Under the pieces are notes generated by a model. The model was given only the letters and a program-made list of their open reading frames with translations, did not search any database and was not told the DNA's origin. The position numbers and the translations under genes are program-made. From assembly GCA_051362555.1 (NCBI GenBank), contig CM120644.1, forward strand, positions 2,426,954 to 2,490,953: 64,000 nucleotides of DNA, written 5' to 3'. Numbering within the stretch: the first letter of the stretch is position 1; each line of letters begins with the position of its first letter. Of the stretch, positions 1 through 13,691 are shown in pieces. The DNA comes from Lingula anatina. Taxonomy: Eukaryota; Animalia; Brachiopoda.

Positions 1-159
1 GAAAATAGCTTAGAGAGCTGAAAAGAAGGGAGGAGGAAGTTGGAAGGGGAGAACAAATGGCAAAACTGACGTGCGCCGCCACTACGTCATCACAAGCGTC
101 TCACGCAAGTATGTGACCGTGGCTTAAATGGGTGCCACAGTCGTAGAGATTGATTTTCA

Positions 160-1260
160 AGGAAGCCACACGGAGGATGTAAGGCAACTGTAATGAGACT
201 GTTGGGGTTTTTAACGCGCTAACTTTTCAACCGGCAAACCGATATTTTCCCACATAACCTCAATGTCATAGGGGAAAAAATGTCCCTGCACGCAATATAT
301 AGTAACCTCGCCACAGCCTGTAACCTTGAAAATACTATTAACCTTTCTTGTAGCATTATCGAGGGCGTTTGAGAAAACGATCCTGTAAGTCAAAATTAAA
401 GGTATCGCGCTAGCTTGCGCCATTGCTTCTTGTCAGTTTAAGCGTTTTGTACGTGTACTTTAAGGCAGGTCATTTAAATAACAAATGCAGCATTTTCGAT
501 TACCAGCAATTGGGAATAACGACAATGAGAATACAACACCAAGTAACTGTAAACTGTTTGAGAAAACAGTTAACTGTTAACTGTAACATATCGCCACTGT
601 GAAACAGGTTCAAACCCAAAAACATACGATCCTAAAATTCGTGCGCCCAGTTGTAACCATGGCTAAAATCCGCGGCAACAACGGCTCCATTTTCGAGGAA
701 GCCACACGGAGGATGTAAGGCAACTGTAATGAGACTGTTGGGGTATTTCAACGCGCTAACATTTCAACCGGCAAACCGATATTTTCCCACATAACCTCAA
801 TGTCATATGGGGAGAAATGTCCCTGCACGCAATATATAGTAAGCTCGCCACAGCCTGTAACCTTGAAAATACTATTTACGATTTCACCGTACGTCATTCG
901 TGATAAAAGTTATCTTGGCTCTTGCGCGTGCTCAGGGAAGACGGAACTGGTAAAACTACCCCCTCATGTCTACCTGTCCTTGTAGTGTTATCGCGGGAGT
1001 TTGAGAAAACGTTCCTGTAAGTCAAAACTAAAGGTATCGCGCTAGCTTGCGCCATTGCATCTTGTCAATTTAAACGTTTTGTTCATGTACTTTAAGGCAG
1101 ATCATTTAAATAACAAATCTACAAACACAGTAAGAGCACAAATACAAAAAGACAGCATTTTCGGTTACCAGCAATTGAGAATAACGACAATATGAGTACA
1201 ATACCAAGTACCTGCTAACTGTAACATATCGCCACGGTGAAACAGGTTCAAACCCAGAAC
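160..1260. repeat. Local tandem duplication, two diverged ~540-bp copies (about 160-625 and 696-1260)
   Basis: The block gaagccacacggaggatgtaaggcaactgtaatgagactgttgggg...gtgaaacaggttcaaaccca is seen twice. Confidence 0.8.
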
Positions 1261-1293
1261 GAAGACAACAAACAGCTTGACGAAGTTGTTCAT
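1212..1293 (-). CDS. Putative first coding exon (signal-peptide-like) of a gene that continues off the left edge
   Basis: ATG at 1293 gives MNNFVKLFVVFVLGLNLFHRGDMLQLA, followed by a phase-1 donor CAG|GTACTT; TATATAAA on the minus strand at 1404-1411; no downstream exon identified. Confidence 0.45.
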
Positions 1294-1829
1294 TTTCGTA
1301 AACTTGTTTCTTCTCCTTATTGTCGACTGATGTTCTCCGTGAGTGGAATTTGGCGTCTCAAACTTGAACGTTTGCAATAACTTTAAAACTGCGTTGCCGT
1401 CGGTTTATATAGAATTCTGTGCTCTTCCCGTGGGCGTTTCGATAGATGACAGGTTTGAAAATCCTTTCGGTTGACACGCCCCATCTGGGTGGATCTAGAC
1501 AATTGTCTCTAACATTTGATACGCTACCACGTTGCACCCGTCACTAAGGGCTAATTCCTACTGAGACTATCGTTCTAAGCACATCGATCCAGCTTTGCGG
1601 GGACTCAAGGTGAATGCAATCAGGTCAACAAATGAACACGCCCACTCTTGAAATCAACGTGGTCGTAGAATCCCCAGCTTTTCTGTTCTGCTCGGCGCCG
1701 GGAGGTAAGCTGTTGATCTGCTTTCATTCAGCGAGACCCCCTGCGGAGTTGGATCGATCCACGTAGACCGACAGTTTCATTGGATATGCCCCTACATTGT
1801 GTAAAGGTAAATTAAAAATCTGGAAACTT

Positions 1830-3560
1830 GTCAACGGAGGTAGTCTTTGACGTTTCAGAGAAAATTACCTAAAATTTCAGGCTATAAACAATTTAGTTTT
1901 ATTATTTGACCTTTAAGATTTGCAGGCCTGAAATTAAAGTTGAAATATGATCGTGTTTTTGTCATCCCCGGCAGAATGACGCACAACTCAGCAAGAAGAG
2001 GAAGGGAGCCGATTTTACACGGCTTGAATTGAAAAAATGACATGCTCCATTAATGAAACCCAATTAAAGGAGCCTACCAAACTGGTTTCAGTGGAAATTA
2101 CTTATATGCGGTTTTAGATCAATAAGGATGTTTTGCCAAAAGAAGCAATACCTTCCATTATTTCTTTGAAATAAATTCATTCCCAAAATTTAGAGAAGTT
2201 CAAAAGTGAGACACACTGAACCCTTTATTTTTGAATATATTAATTGATGGCATACTTAGACTTACAGATAAATCAAAAAGCAAAGCCCCACCAAACCTTT
2301 TACTGGTCTTTTTTATGCAGACGATCTAGTTTTGTTTTTGGCAAGTGCCTCAGGCCTTCAGAATACCAGTAGTTTAAAATGCTTAGAAAAACACTGTCAT
2401 AGTTAGAGGTTAACTATTCATTAAAAAAAGACGAAAGTTGTTATTTTTAATGTTAAGGAAGAAATACATGGTCACACTGTTGGAAATAGAGAGTTTTTTT
2501 TTTACTTTCATAACCAGTTGGTGCCAGTAGTAACAAGCTAGCTACATGTGTAACTACATGTAGGTCTCCTTTTCACAAGGTCTGGCACACTAGCCCCTGC
2601 ACAACAAAATGTATATATAAAGCCTTCTTCAGTCAAGCTAGTAACAATCCCATCTCCTTAAAAGAAAATAGACTTTATGAAACAATGATTTTCCAAGTTG
2701 CAGCATATGGAGCTGTAACATTGGGTTACACTCCATTTTATGATAAGTCCCCAACAGAAAAAATACATCTCCAAATTCGCTAGCACCTTTTAGGGGTGCA
2801 TTCTAAATCTAGTGATTATGCTGTTCGGGGGGAACTTGGGCGCCAAATTCAGATACAAGTAATTAAATACTGGGTCAATATTTTATAATAAGATGACTGT
2901 GTTCCACTTAAACGGGCATACCTAGATGAATTAAAACACTTTGATCTTCTTTCAAGCACTGGCCTTCATAACACAAGCCACGCTATGCCACGGAGAGAAA
3001 ATTATTGTAGAAAATGGTTTTGGGCATGTATGGTTCAAAGAGAAAACGGACAAAAAGTTCATGAAGAATTTTAGTGTTATACTTAGAGACAGCAATATAC
3101 AACTTTGGCTAGCAAAGTATCACAAGAAAATCTCAAGCTGAGAACGTATAAACGTATAAAACTATTAAACTTTATTTTGGGAAAGAAAAATACCTTGATA
3201 TAATTCAAGATAAAGAATTACGCCAAGCCCTAACCAAATTTAGAATCAGCAACCACAATTTGCACATTGAAACAGATCGCCATGTCAATGGTTAACCAAC
3301 ACCAGATGAAAAAAGAAAATGTCGCATTTTCCACACTAGAGTTATAGGATTCAGAGCACTTTTTAAATACCTGCTCTCTGTATACTGAATACAGAAAAGA
3401 ACTCTTTCAAATAGTGCAAAGCGGCCACACATGCTTTACACATTTTAACAACAAAGATAAATTCTCCATCATAATGAACAACCCAAACGAGACTGTAATA
3501 ATATCTTTAGCCAAATTTCTTAATTTAACCTCGCTTTTATGAAAAGAAACTGCGCTGCAT
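1830..3560 (+). mobile_element. Degenerate non-LTR retrotransposon (LINE) ORF2 remnant
   Basis: RT motifs EVQK*DTLNPLFLNILID (~2195-2250) and GLFYADDLVL (YADD at 2314-2325); C-terminal VRGELG (~2823) and EKYLDIIQDKELRQALTKFRISNHNLHIET (~3185-3275); stops and frameshifts; boundaries approximate. Confidence 0.85.
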
Positions 3561-6079
3561 CTTCCACTTAGTGATGTGAATAATTACTGCAAATGTTTAG
3601 GTTCATTTCACATAGTAGAAAACAGGCTCGTGAATAATTAATTTCAATATCTTAGTCATGTACTTGTAGTGTGATGCTAGCGTATGATCAGTGCTGTGAG
3701 CAGTTGACTCGGCATTAAGACCGCACCTAGCTTATCATCATGAAATACTGGATATGTATGTGTAATAACGATGCATTGCTATATATGTAATTTTCTATTT
3801 TTCTTTATTTCATTTTCTTTCTTTCTTTATTTATTTTTTTATCTATTCATTTATTTATTACTATTACTTTTTATCTTTGCACATTTTCACCAGTTCAGCC
3901 TGGTGAAGAAGGTATGAATAAAGCATATTTAATGATAAATAAAACGCGAGTATTAGCAATTTTGTTTCATTGACATGTAAGGATGAGTGACAACGGCGGC
4001 AGTTTTGTGGGAAGGGCTGAGATGGGGTATTAATCCTTTCAACTTGCACGTTAATGATTGGATTGAAAAATAAGTGATACTGGTAGCTATCTTCCCATTA
4101 GTATTAATACTAATTGGGAGCGCAAGGAAAGGGGGGGCGGCGTCTCCTTGAAGTCAAAGTATCTGAGGCTGAGGTTTGCGATCTAGGAAGTATTACCCAT
4201 TTTGGCCAAACTTGTCATTTTAAAACTAACGAACTATAATATAAACGTTGAACTTCAGGGTGTCTTAATATCAAAAGGTTTGGGACACATGAGGGCCATT
4301 TTGGTTAAGTTGAGGCTCGGACACATAAGTATTTTGTATCCGAGGTTCTGGAGTTCAAAGGTGTTGTGGACTATTTTTAGAATACCGGGTTGTTTTGTAA
4401 AAATTTTTTTTTACTCCTTTGCACTTGATGTTGATTTCTGTTTATTTTTATTTTTATATAACCATGCATTAGGTTCAACCCCCTCTTCTCAGTTCAAAGT
4501 CATGGTTCAAAAGTAAAAACTATCTGACATATATTTTTATTGCATAATAAGCAAATAAATTCGATATACTCAAATAAAAGTACTTGCATGCATATAAAGG
4601 CAATGTCCGAATTCCAGAGTCATCATCGTGAGCTAAAACTATAGAACCCCCCCCCAAAAAAAATAAATAAATAAAAATTAAAAATGAATTTTGATTGACT
4701 TCCCGAAAAAAGGCAGCTTTAAGGAACAAAGACTAAATAAATGTCTAAAAAAATGTTTTTGAAATGACAAAAATAAATAATAAAAAGTTACATCAATTTA
4801 ATTGAATCCCCGAAAATAAGCAGTCATAAGGAAGAAAGACTCGACGGATACATTCAGTTCACTGTTAGAATGAGGACACAGGGTTTCATTGAGAAAAGAA
4901 AAGAAGAAGAAAAGAAGTTCAAGAAAAATAAGAAGAAGAGGTGGATACCACCGAAGATAAGATTGAGGGGTACTTGCTATGCCAACTCCCCCCCAACCCA
5001 GAATCCAGAATACAGTTTAGCCCACCCTCGACGTTGCAGGTGGTTTCCTCGAATAAAATCTTCACTGAAAGTGGTATAGAGTTTCATGAGACAAAAGAGG
5101 CAATGAGGTTTACCTGCATAGTCGTTTAAAAAGAACATGATAACTTTCAATCCCCAGTTTGATCCCTCTAAGCAGTCCCAGGGGAGTGTCTGGGTCAAGG
5201 TCATCGCTGAACTCCATCTTGTTCAGGTTCTTTACGGTAATCCAACGGAATATGGCTCTGAAAGCGTGTAACATTTTTAGATATTAAATTAAATTATTAA
5301 AATTATATTTAAAAAATAAAACAAACGTGCGCCTTGTTGGTTTAGACAGCGCAAAAACAGATTAAAGAAATGTTAAAATCAATGATGTTGCATCTGCCCT
5401 AAGAATTTCACTAAGTAGTATATGAGATAAAATAGGCAAATGTTCTTCAAAAAATCAGTCATTTTTCTAATATGCAATTGCAATCATGCTCAGTGTGTGT
5501 TTGTTCGGGGAAATAATAAATAAATAAGATTAAAATTAAAATTAATTAAAATCAAAATAAATAAAATAAAATAAAACAGATATCAGAATGCAATGCTGGC
5601 CTTAAGTAATGTTAAATAATAAGAATGACTCGCACCTTGCTTTTTCTAATTCGTTACAGCAGTCCTTGGTAAGGTTCCTTACAAGGTCTGTAAATGTAGT
5701 CAAATCGTCGGATTTCGCAACCTTTAATAACAATTGTAAAAAAGTCTTAGTCATACCCCGCTTGAAGAAGGAGTACAACCTGTCCTCACGAAATCAAGAA
5801 GCGTGATTAAGGTAAAATTGCACCAATGATAAAAATCCATTAGAAAATTTGAATATCGTCTCTCCATAATTAAACTTACTGTATTTATTTATTTATTTAT
5901 TTATTTATTTATTGCAAGGGAATATACAAATGTTTTACCATTAAAATTAATAAGGAATGCTAGTCACTCTCGTCCTAGAGATGAAAGCTGCCGTATTTAC
6001 TCGTAACTGTGACAAAAGAACACAAAAGTCACAAAGGTGGCTATAATTTCCAGGTGCAGACGTCTCACTCAATAACATT

Positions 6080-8960
6080 TGTCTGGTCTGGTGATGAATC
6101 TTGACGGGTTTTTAATTTAAATTGGAACCATCATAGCGGTTATAAATGTCATTGGAGATATATGCACAAAGCCACATTTCTCGTTTGCGACGCCAAAGTC
6201 AAGGTGTTTTTAATAAGAAGTGTGTTGCCGCATTTCATAGTTATGAAACAATGCAATGATTTTGGGCTTATTCAAATTTTCGCTTTCTAAAGTCATTTTA
6301 ATTCAGTTTGCCAGTACGGTTTGTCAGTGTTTAAAATTATGTCTCAATGGAACAATTATTTTTAATTTGTTTACTGAACTTGTGTTTCTACAGCTGACGA
6401 CGTAACAACGTCGCGTCTCCCTGGAAGAGTTTTCTGCTGCTGTACAGAGAATTTGGCTTCAACTTTTTTTTTTAAATTAGTACGTAAAAGGAGCAAAAAA
6501 TGCTTGGTTTCACAGCCCCCCGTCCTGGATAGAAACCCCCCTTACCCCCAGCCCCCCTCACCCACCCACCCTCTTCGATCTCATTAGGTATTCATTTGGC
6601 GGACAGAGAATTCTTGGCCTTGGTAGGTAGCCCAAGCAGAAAACGTTTATTTAAACTACCCCCCCCTCTCCCCTTACTTACATTGGTCTGGTGGTAAATC
6701 TTGACGGGGTTTTAATAATAATTGAAGCCGCTGCGTTTCATAACGGTTATTAATTTCATTGGTGATGTCTGCACATAGCCACATTTCCCGTTTACGACAC
6801 CAACGTCAAGGTGTTTTTAATAAGAAGTGTGTTGCCGCATTTCAGTTATGAAACAATGCATTGGCTTTTGTCATATTCAGATATTTCGCTTTCTTTATTC
6901 ATTTTAATTTATTTCCAAACCTGAGTTTGGTTTGTCAGTGCTAAAAATTATGTCTCAACGGAACAATTCTTTTTAATTTGATTACTGAACTTGTGTTTCT
7001 ACAGCTGACGAGGTAACAACGTCGCGTCTCCCTGGAAGAGTTTTCTGCTGCTGTACAGAGAATTTGGCTTCAACTTTTTTTTTTGAAATTAGTACGTAAA
7101 AGGAGCAAAAAATGCTTGGTTTCACAGCCCCCTGTCCTGGATAGAAACTCCCCTTACCCCCAGCCCCCCTCACCCACCCACCCTCTTCGATCTCATTAGG
7201 TATTCATTTGGCGGACAGAGAATTCTTGGCCTTGGTAGGTAGCCCAAGCAGAAAACGTTTATTTCAACTACCCCCCCCCCTCTCCCCTCACTTACATTGG
7301 TCTGGTGGTAAATCTTGACGGGGTTTTAATAATAATTGAAGCCGCTGCGTTTCATAACGGTTATTAATTTCATTGGTGATGTCTGCACATAGCCACATTT
7401 CCCGTTTACGTCACCAACGTCAAGGTGTTTTTAATAAGAAGTGTGTTGCCGCATTTCATAGTTATGAAACAATGCATTGGCTTTTGTCATATTCAGATAT
7501 TTCGCTTTCTTTATTCATTTTAATTTATTTCCAAACCTGAGTTTGGTTTGTCAGTGCTAAAAATTATGTCTCAACGGAACAATTCTTTTTAATTTGATTA
7601 CTGAACTTGTGTTTCTACAGCTGACGAGGTAACAACGTCGCGTCTCCCTGGAAGAGCTTTCTGCTGCTGTACAGAGAATTTGGCTTCAACTTTTTTTTGA
7701 AATTAGTACGTAAAAGGAGCAAAAAATGCTTGGTTTCACAGCCCCCTGTCCTGGATAGAAACCCCCCTTACCCCCAGCCCCCCTCACCCACCCACCCTCT
7801 TCGATCTCATTAGGTATTCAGTTGGCGGACAGAGAATTCTTGGCCTTGGTAGGTAGCCCAAGCAGAAAACGTTTATTTCAACTACCCCCCCCCCCTCTCC
7901 CCTCACTTACATTGGTCTGGTGGTAAATCTTGACGGGGTTTTAATAATAATTGAAGCCGCTGCGTTTCATAACGGTTATTAATTTCATTGGTGATGTCTG
8001 CACATAGCCACATTTCCCGTTTACGACACCAACGTCAAGGTGTTTTTAATAAGAAGTGTGTTGCCGCATTTCATAGTTATGAAACAATGCATTGGCTTTT
8101 GTCATATTCAGATATTTCGCTTTCTTTATTCATTTTAATTTATTTCCAAACCTGAGTTTGGTTTGTCAGTGCTAAAAATTATGTCTCAACGGAACACTTC
8201 TTTTTAATTTGATTACTGAACTTGTGTTTCTACAGCTGACGAGGTAACAACGTGGTGTCTCTCTGGCAGAGCTTTATGCTGCTGTACAGAGAATCTGGGG
8301 TCAACTTTCCTGCACTTTGATGCGTAAACGGAGTAAAAAAATACTTGGTCTCACACCTCCCCATCCTGTCCTGGTTAGATACCCCCCCCCCCAACCCCGT
8401 CGTCGCTCTCATGATGAGTTATTCAGCTGGTGGACTGAGAATTCTTGGCCTTGGTAGGGAGTCCAAACAGAAAATGTTTATTTTAACCCCCCCCCACTTG
8501 CTTACATTGATCTGGTGGTGAATCTTGACGGGTTTTAATAATAATAGAAGCCACCGCGATTCAAAACGGTTATTAAATTCACTGGTGATGTTTGCACAAA
8601 GCCACATTTCCCGTTTGCGACGAAAGCGTCAAGGTGTTTTTAATAAGAAGTGTGTTGCGGCATTTCATAGTTATGAAACATTGCATTGATTTTGGGATTA
8701 TTTAATATTTCGCTTTCTTTATTCATTTTAATTCATTTCCAAAATCGAGTCTGCCAGTACGGTTTTCAGTGTTTGAATATTTTGTCTCAACGGAAGGATT
8801 CTTTTTAATTTGTTTACTGAACTTGATTTCTTGATTTCTTGTCCTGGATAGAAAAACCCTCCTCCCCCCCCTCCTCCCTCCCCCTCTCGTCGCTCAAATG
8901 GGTTACTCAGCCGGTGTAGGCCTACTGAGAATTCTTAGCCTGGGTATTAAGCCCAAACAG
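6080..8960. repeat. Tandem repeat, ~610-bp unit, about 4.5 copies, in an intron of the Hillarin-like gene
   Basis: Marker ctacagctgacga(c/g)gtaacaacgt recurs at ~6390, ~7000, ~7615 and ~8230; inner copies nearly identical, outer copies diverged. Confidence 0.9.
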
Positions 8961-9212
8961 AACATATTTTATCTCAACCCTCCCCCCCCCCCCCCCCCCA
9001 CATCTCCCACACTGTATCGATTACACCTCACCCCAGCAACCCCCCACCCCACCCCACCATATACCCCCTGATATCACAATCCCCCCCAAAACACTGTACA
9101 GAATCACACTGTGGGGTTTTCAACATTTTTGTACCAGCCTACTAGCGCCCCCTGTGGCTAGAGAGTACCAAACACACCGTTTGTGAAGGCTTGGTAGTAT
9201 GACAGGCAAGGG

Positions 9213-9530
9213 CAGAGGCGGATCCAGATATATTTTCTGGCAGTCTTCCAAATTATCTTTGTTGAACCATCCTCCATTTTTGACCGTCTTCAGATAGTCC
9301 GCGGATGCGAAACTGACCCCTCCCCTGTCCCCCTTGGCGTGGGGCCAAGGGCCTGCTAAAAGGCCCCGAAAAATGTTGGTATTTGGTACTGTTTAGAAGT
9401 ATGATTCAGCTAGTCAACATTCTAATTTCAAGAGGGGACCATTGGTGTGATTTTTTTTCTTTTTTTTAAGAAATCGAAGGGGGGTCAGGACCCCATTGAC
9501 CCCCACCCACCCGCTCTAATTCCGCCACTG
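9213..9530. mobile_element. Small MITE-like element
   Basis: Imperfect terminal inverted repeats cagaggcggat / attccgccactg; no clear TSD. Confidence 0.45.
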
Positions 9531-10641
9531 CGTGTGATATCTAGACTACGTGTGACCCCACTGCGCAAGAATGGAACTAAATTCTCAAAACAACGATTTT
9601 TCAAATGGACTCATTGTTATTTCTTCCAAAGCAACACAATAAAACACGTCTGGCTGCTTTCCTCCAGAAGGCATGTGTTATAGAGTTAGACAAATATTAT
9701 TTGCTCCTGCATCACACAGCGATCGACTTTCATCCTTTTTAAAGGTCAAACTTTATTATCTACCCTGGCAACCCACGAAGCGTTAGATCAATAAATAGAA
9801 TTCAAATAAAATTACTGATCAATAAAAATAAGAATATCAATAGATATTTAAATAATCAAGATAAAATAGATTTATTTTAATCAGTCAACGTTGACACTTG
9901 TATACCGTTCTGTAAGTTTTATTTCGTCTTGGCATCTGCACAGGTTCATTCACTAATGTAGGCGTTTTGAGGTAGGAAGAGTCTAAAAGAAACATATCTT
10001 GTTTTTTTCTTTTAGTTACGGATACTGTTAGCTTTTGCCAAAGCTCCTCATTAACTGCCTCACATACATTCGTTTGGATAATAGATAAATCTTCAGTGGT
10101 CAGTGACTAAATTAATTAACATTTACACGTATGTTATCTTACGAGTGAGGTCATAATTGCGACTTTGTGGTAAAATATTGAAAGATTGTTTTCTCAAATT
10201 TCTCCTTTACCTGAGAATCTACGAACACCGTTTCAACACCAATTTAATGACACCATTCTGCCAGCGATTTGTCTTGAAAGACTTCGTTCAGATTTTATTG
10301 TTGATTAAGCAAAATAATGCCTTTGTTTAACGAAAATGTGTTATTAGGGATGAAGTTACGCCCCATACCGATTGCTATCTCACCTCTAAATAGAAACATG
10401 TTTTATTGACGATTAAAGCTTTGAGTTGCCTATGCTTATACATTGCAACGGTAAATATACACACCGATATTTTACATTTTGGATGTTATATTGTTGTTTT
10501 ATATCAGCACAAAGATAAATGCATTATTGAATAATAAGATGCAGGAAGAAACTATATTTCCGTATCTGGATGATAAAAAGACTTGGAATACCCTGTGGTT
10601 AAAATAATGGCGGAAATTCAAACAATCCAACCGCATTCAAA

Positions 10642-10680
<39 letters not shown>

Positions 10681-12207
10681 AGCCATACAATACTGACCTC
10701 GATCGCTTGCATATCGAGGCGTTGGACGGCGGAATCCGACTTTTCAAAGAGGTCCATCTTTTTAACCTCTGGTGGAGCGACATCTGGCGGTAGTGATCGG
10801 TTGAAATCATTCTCTGTGTCGATCTCTCTTTCCTGAAATGTTTCAAAGTTTTATTGCGAGTTAAGAAACACAAGGTTTGCTCATTTATAAAAAATCAAAA
10901 TCCCGAGACAAAATGTCGTACTGTCAGATTGGCCTCGGAAATGTGGTTTCTGCAGATACTGATTAAAATTGTTGATAAAAAGCACTAATTGACGAGTAGG
11001 GGGAGTTCAGTCAATTAATACTTCTGTTTACTGAACCGGCCTGGTCGAAAGGTAAAAAAAAATAATGATCACAATAAAAATAAATAAATGAATTGAAATA
11101 AAATAATAAACGAATGAAAATTAAAGACATTATTAGGCTACACTTTTACCAGATAAAGTCATAATGAATAAAATAAGAACTGCAAGTTAGTAATAGTTAA
11201 AATAAGTGACTAGGTCTATATCTGTTTTAGACTTCATCAATTTTAGATACATGAGCATAAACACCTTGTGAAAATAAACAAATACACAATACGATGCGCC
11301 CACGACTTGACTTTCACCACTATCACAATTTAGTCCTCTGCTTCTATTGCAACAGCTGTATTCAGTTTGATAGCACTAGCACACTCACTTCTGGAATGTT
11401 CAAACTATTGAGGCGGAATCTCTCCGAGATGACACAAAGTCTCGCGACTGAACGTCAAATCAAGCGAATTCCGCTGTATTTAGAGTAGGTTTGGGAGCTT
11501 TATTCATCTTATTATGTTCATTTTATCCATGTAAAGTCTACTGAACATTTTATATGGATTTTAGAATACACATTAATATTATTATTATTATTATAATTAT
11601 TATTATTATTAAAGTCTCACCTTCTCAGCTATTAGTGACAGCATCTCTTTGCTGTGTTTCTCTACCAGTTTGGCAAGCTCCTCTTGCTCTTGTTGTTCTA
11701 GAGATCGCATCAGCTCCTGCATTCTCTCGTCAAGACGACTTTGGTATTCGTCATCAATGTGCTTACTTTTCTCCAGCAAGCTGGTCGCGCTTGTATCTCC
11801 TTCAGAAGCGTCGTCATCCAGATTCAGGTCCTCGGTGATGACGTCGTCGTCATCATCATCATCAGCCCCTGCGTCGTCTGCTTCGCTTTAGGGGGGCGCC
11901 TTTCCAAACTAATTGAGTCCCTTTGATAATTCGGCTAGGACTCTTCATCCCTAACCTGTCGAAGAGAGCGACGAGTTCTTTGACAGAGGTTTCTTTTTCT
12001 GCCATAATCTCTTCTACATGTACCAGCTTCCGCATACGCTCTTCCTTTTGCAAGTGGAATTTCTTAAAGAGAGAGTCTTCTTCTTCCTTTTGTTTTCTCT
12101 CCAGTTCGCGCTGGGCTTCAAATATGCCATGAAGTCTTCGAAGTCCTTTAAACAAAAGAATAAAATAAATGAAAAATTAACTAAAAATATAAAAATGATA
12201 ATAATAA

Positions 12208-12242
<35 letters not shown>

Positions 12243-13477
12243 AATAATTAAATAAAGCGAAATGATGTATTTCAATATGATAGAAATAGACCCTATAGCC
12301 TAAATGGCGCCTGGCCCTTTATGAAGAAAAAAAATGCCAAGTATAAAATTATTTCAATTCGTGTGAAAATTTAAGTTCAATTTTTTTTTATTGCCATGGT
12401 CTTCGAAGTCCTTTTTAAAAAAGAATAATAAAAATACAAATAAAATAAGCAGATTTATTTATTTCAATATGATAGAAATATAGCCCTTTATTAAAAAAAT
12501 GCCAAGTAAAACAATAACAATTTTTGTGAAAATTTAAGTTCAACATTTCTTAGCTCAAAGTAAAGCAATGTTTTCTCTTCCAATCTATATCTTACAAAGA
12601 CAATATGAACTTCCAAACAAATAAATCGTGTAAATTTCTTCAAGACTAAAGCAAGTGTCACAAAAAAACAGTCCATGTGGTGATGATGCTCTCACATATA
12701 TTTATTATTGACTTTTCACCTTATAAGTTTTGAGGGTGGGGTATCTTGTCATCGTCTTGCGTCCACTAGGGGTGAGTAAGGTGGCACTTTCTGCGTTGCT
12801 GTCGTCATTCTGTTCGTCAGCAGTCGTCGCTGGCGCTGCTGGATCCGTGCTCTGTGCTTCATACATAGAGGCTCGCACCTTCAGATAGATATAAACATTT
12901 ATTTATTTATTTGTTTATTTATTTATTTATTTATTTATTTATTCATTAAACCTCAAGGGTAAAACACGTTCAAGAATAGCCTACATAAATAAAATCGCAT
13001 CATAATTCACAGAATAAAAGCACACAATTAAACCGTTCTAATGTACATAAAATCATTCTGAAATAATGTGGCCAGGTTAAAATATTGGGCAGAGTAGTAT
13101 TGAAAAGGAATAAAATTAAAAAAAGAGCGTTAGGTAAAAGTAGAACCGAAGGTTACCATAATAATACAGATTTTTACATACAGACGACTGGGATATGTTT
13201 TCACTAAAATTTATCATGATCAAATGTTCATAATAAATCTATTTTTTTCGCTTTATACACAAAATTGAAGTTATTGTGTTTCACAAAGGTTTAATTCATT
13301 TGATATTAATTCTATAATTATGCTTCAATTCATTTCGCTTGTTTCTGCTATTGCTAACACAAAGGTTTCATTCGTGAAATATTCATTTCAGAAGTATGTT
13401 TTCATCTATTTACTTTTTTTTTTATGCCTATCCATCCATCCCTTCATATAGGCCTACTAATCTATGTAACTTTTTCC

Positions 13478-13487
13478 ACAGTAACTC

Positions 13488-13528
<41 letters not shown>
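13478..13528. repeat. (CA)n microsatellite
   Basis: Direct reading. Confidence 0.95.
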
Positions 13529-13529
<1 letters not shown>

Positions 13530-13691
13530 ACCCAAAATAATATAGAGGAGCGGTCCTGAACCCCCATCCCTTCGGTTTCTAAAAATATAAAACTAATACT
13601 CAAAGTAGAAAAGTAATCTATCTGGGAACACTCCGTGTCGGATTCTCAAATAAGTGCTCGTGTGCAAATGATGAATTTTAACAACATTGAT

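Larger units (their letters stand above)
5114..12878 (-). pseudogene. Hillarin / kyphoscoliosis-peptidase (transglutaminase-like) gene, internal exons, apparently frameshifted
   Basis: GT-AG exons 12878-12720 (VRASMYEAQ...RYPTLKTYK), 12145-11621 (HGIFEAQRELERKQKEEED...LVEKHSKEMLSLIAEK), 10832-10698 (EREID...PPDVAPPEVKK...LDMQAIE), 5721-5636 (VAKSDDLTTFTDLVRNLTKDCCNELEKAR), 5257-5114 (AIFRWITVKNLNKMEFSDDLDPDTPLGLLRGIKLGIESYHVLFKRLC). The last two match the Hillarin signature as I recall it. 2-nt insertion at 12132-12133; second frame break near 11886-11955. Exons further 5' and 3' not located. Confidence 0.75.
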
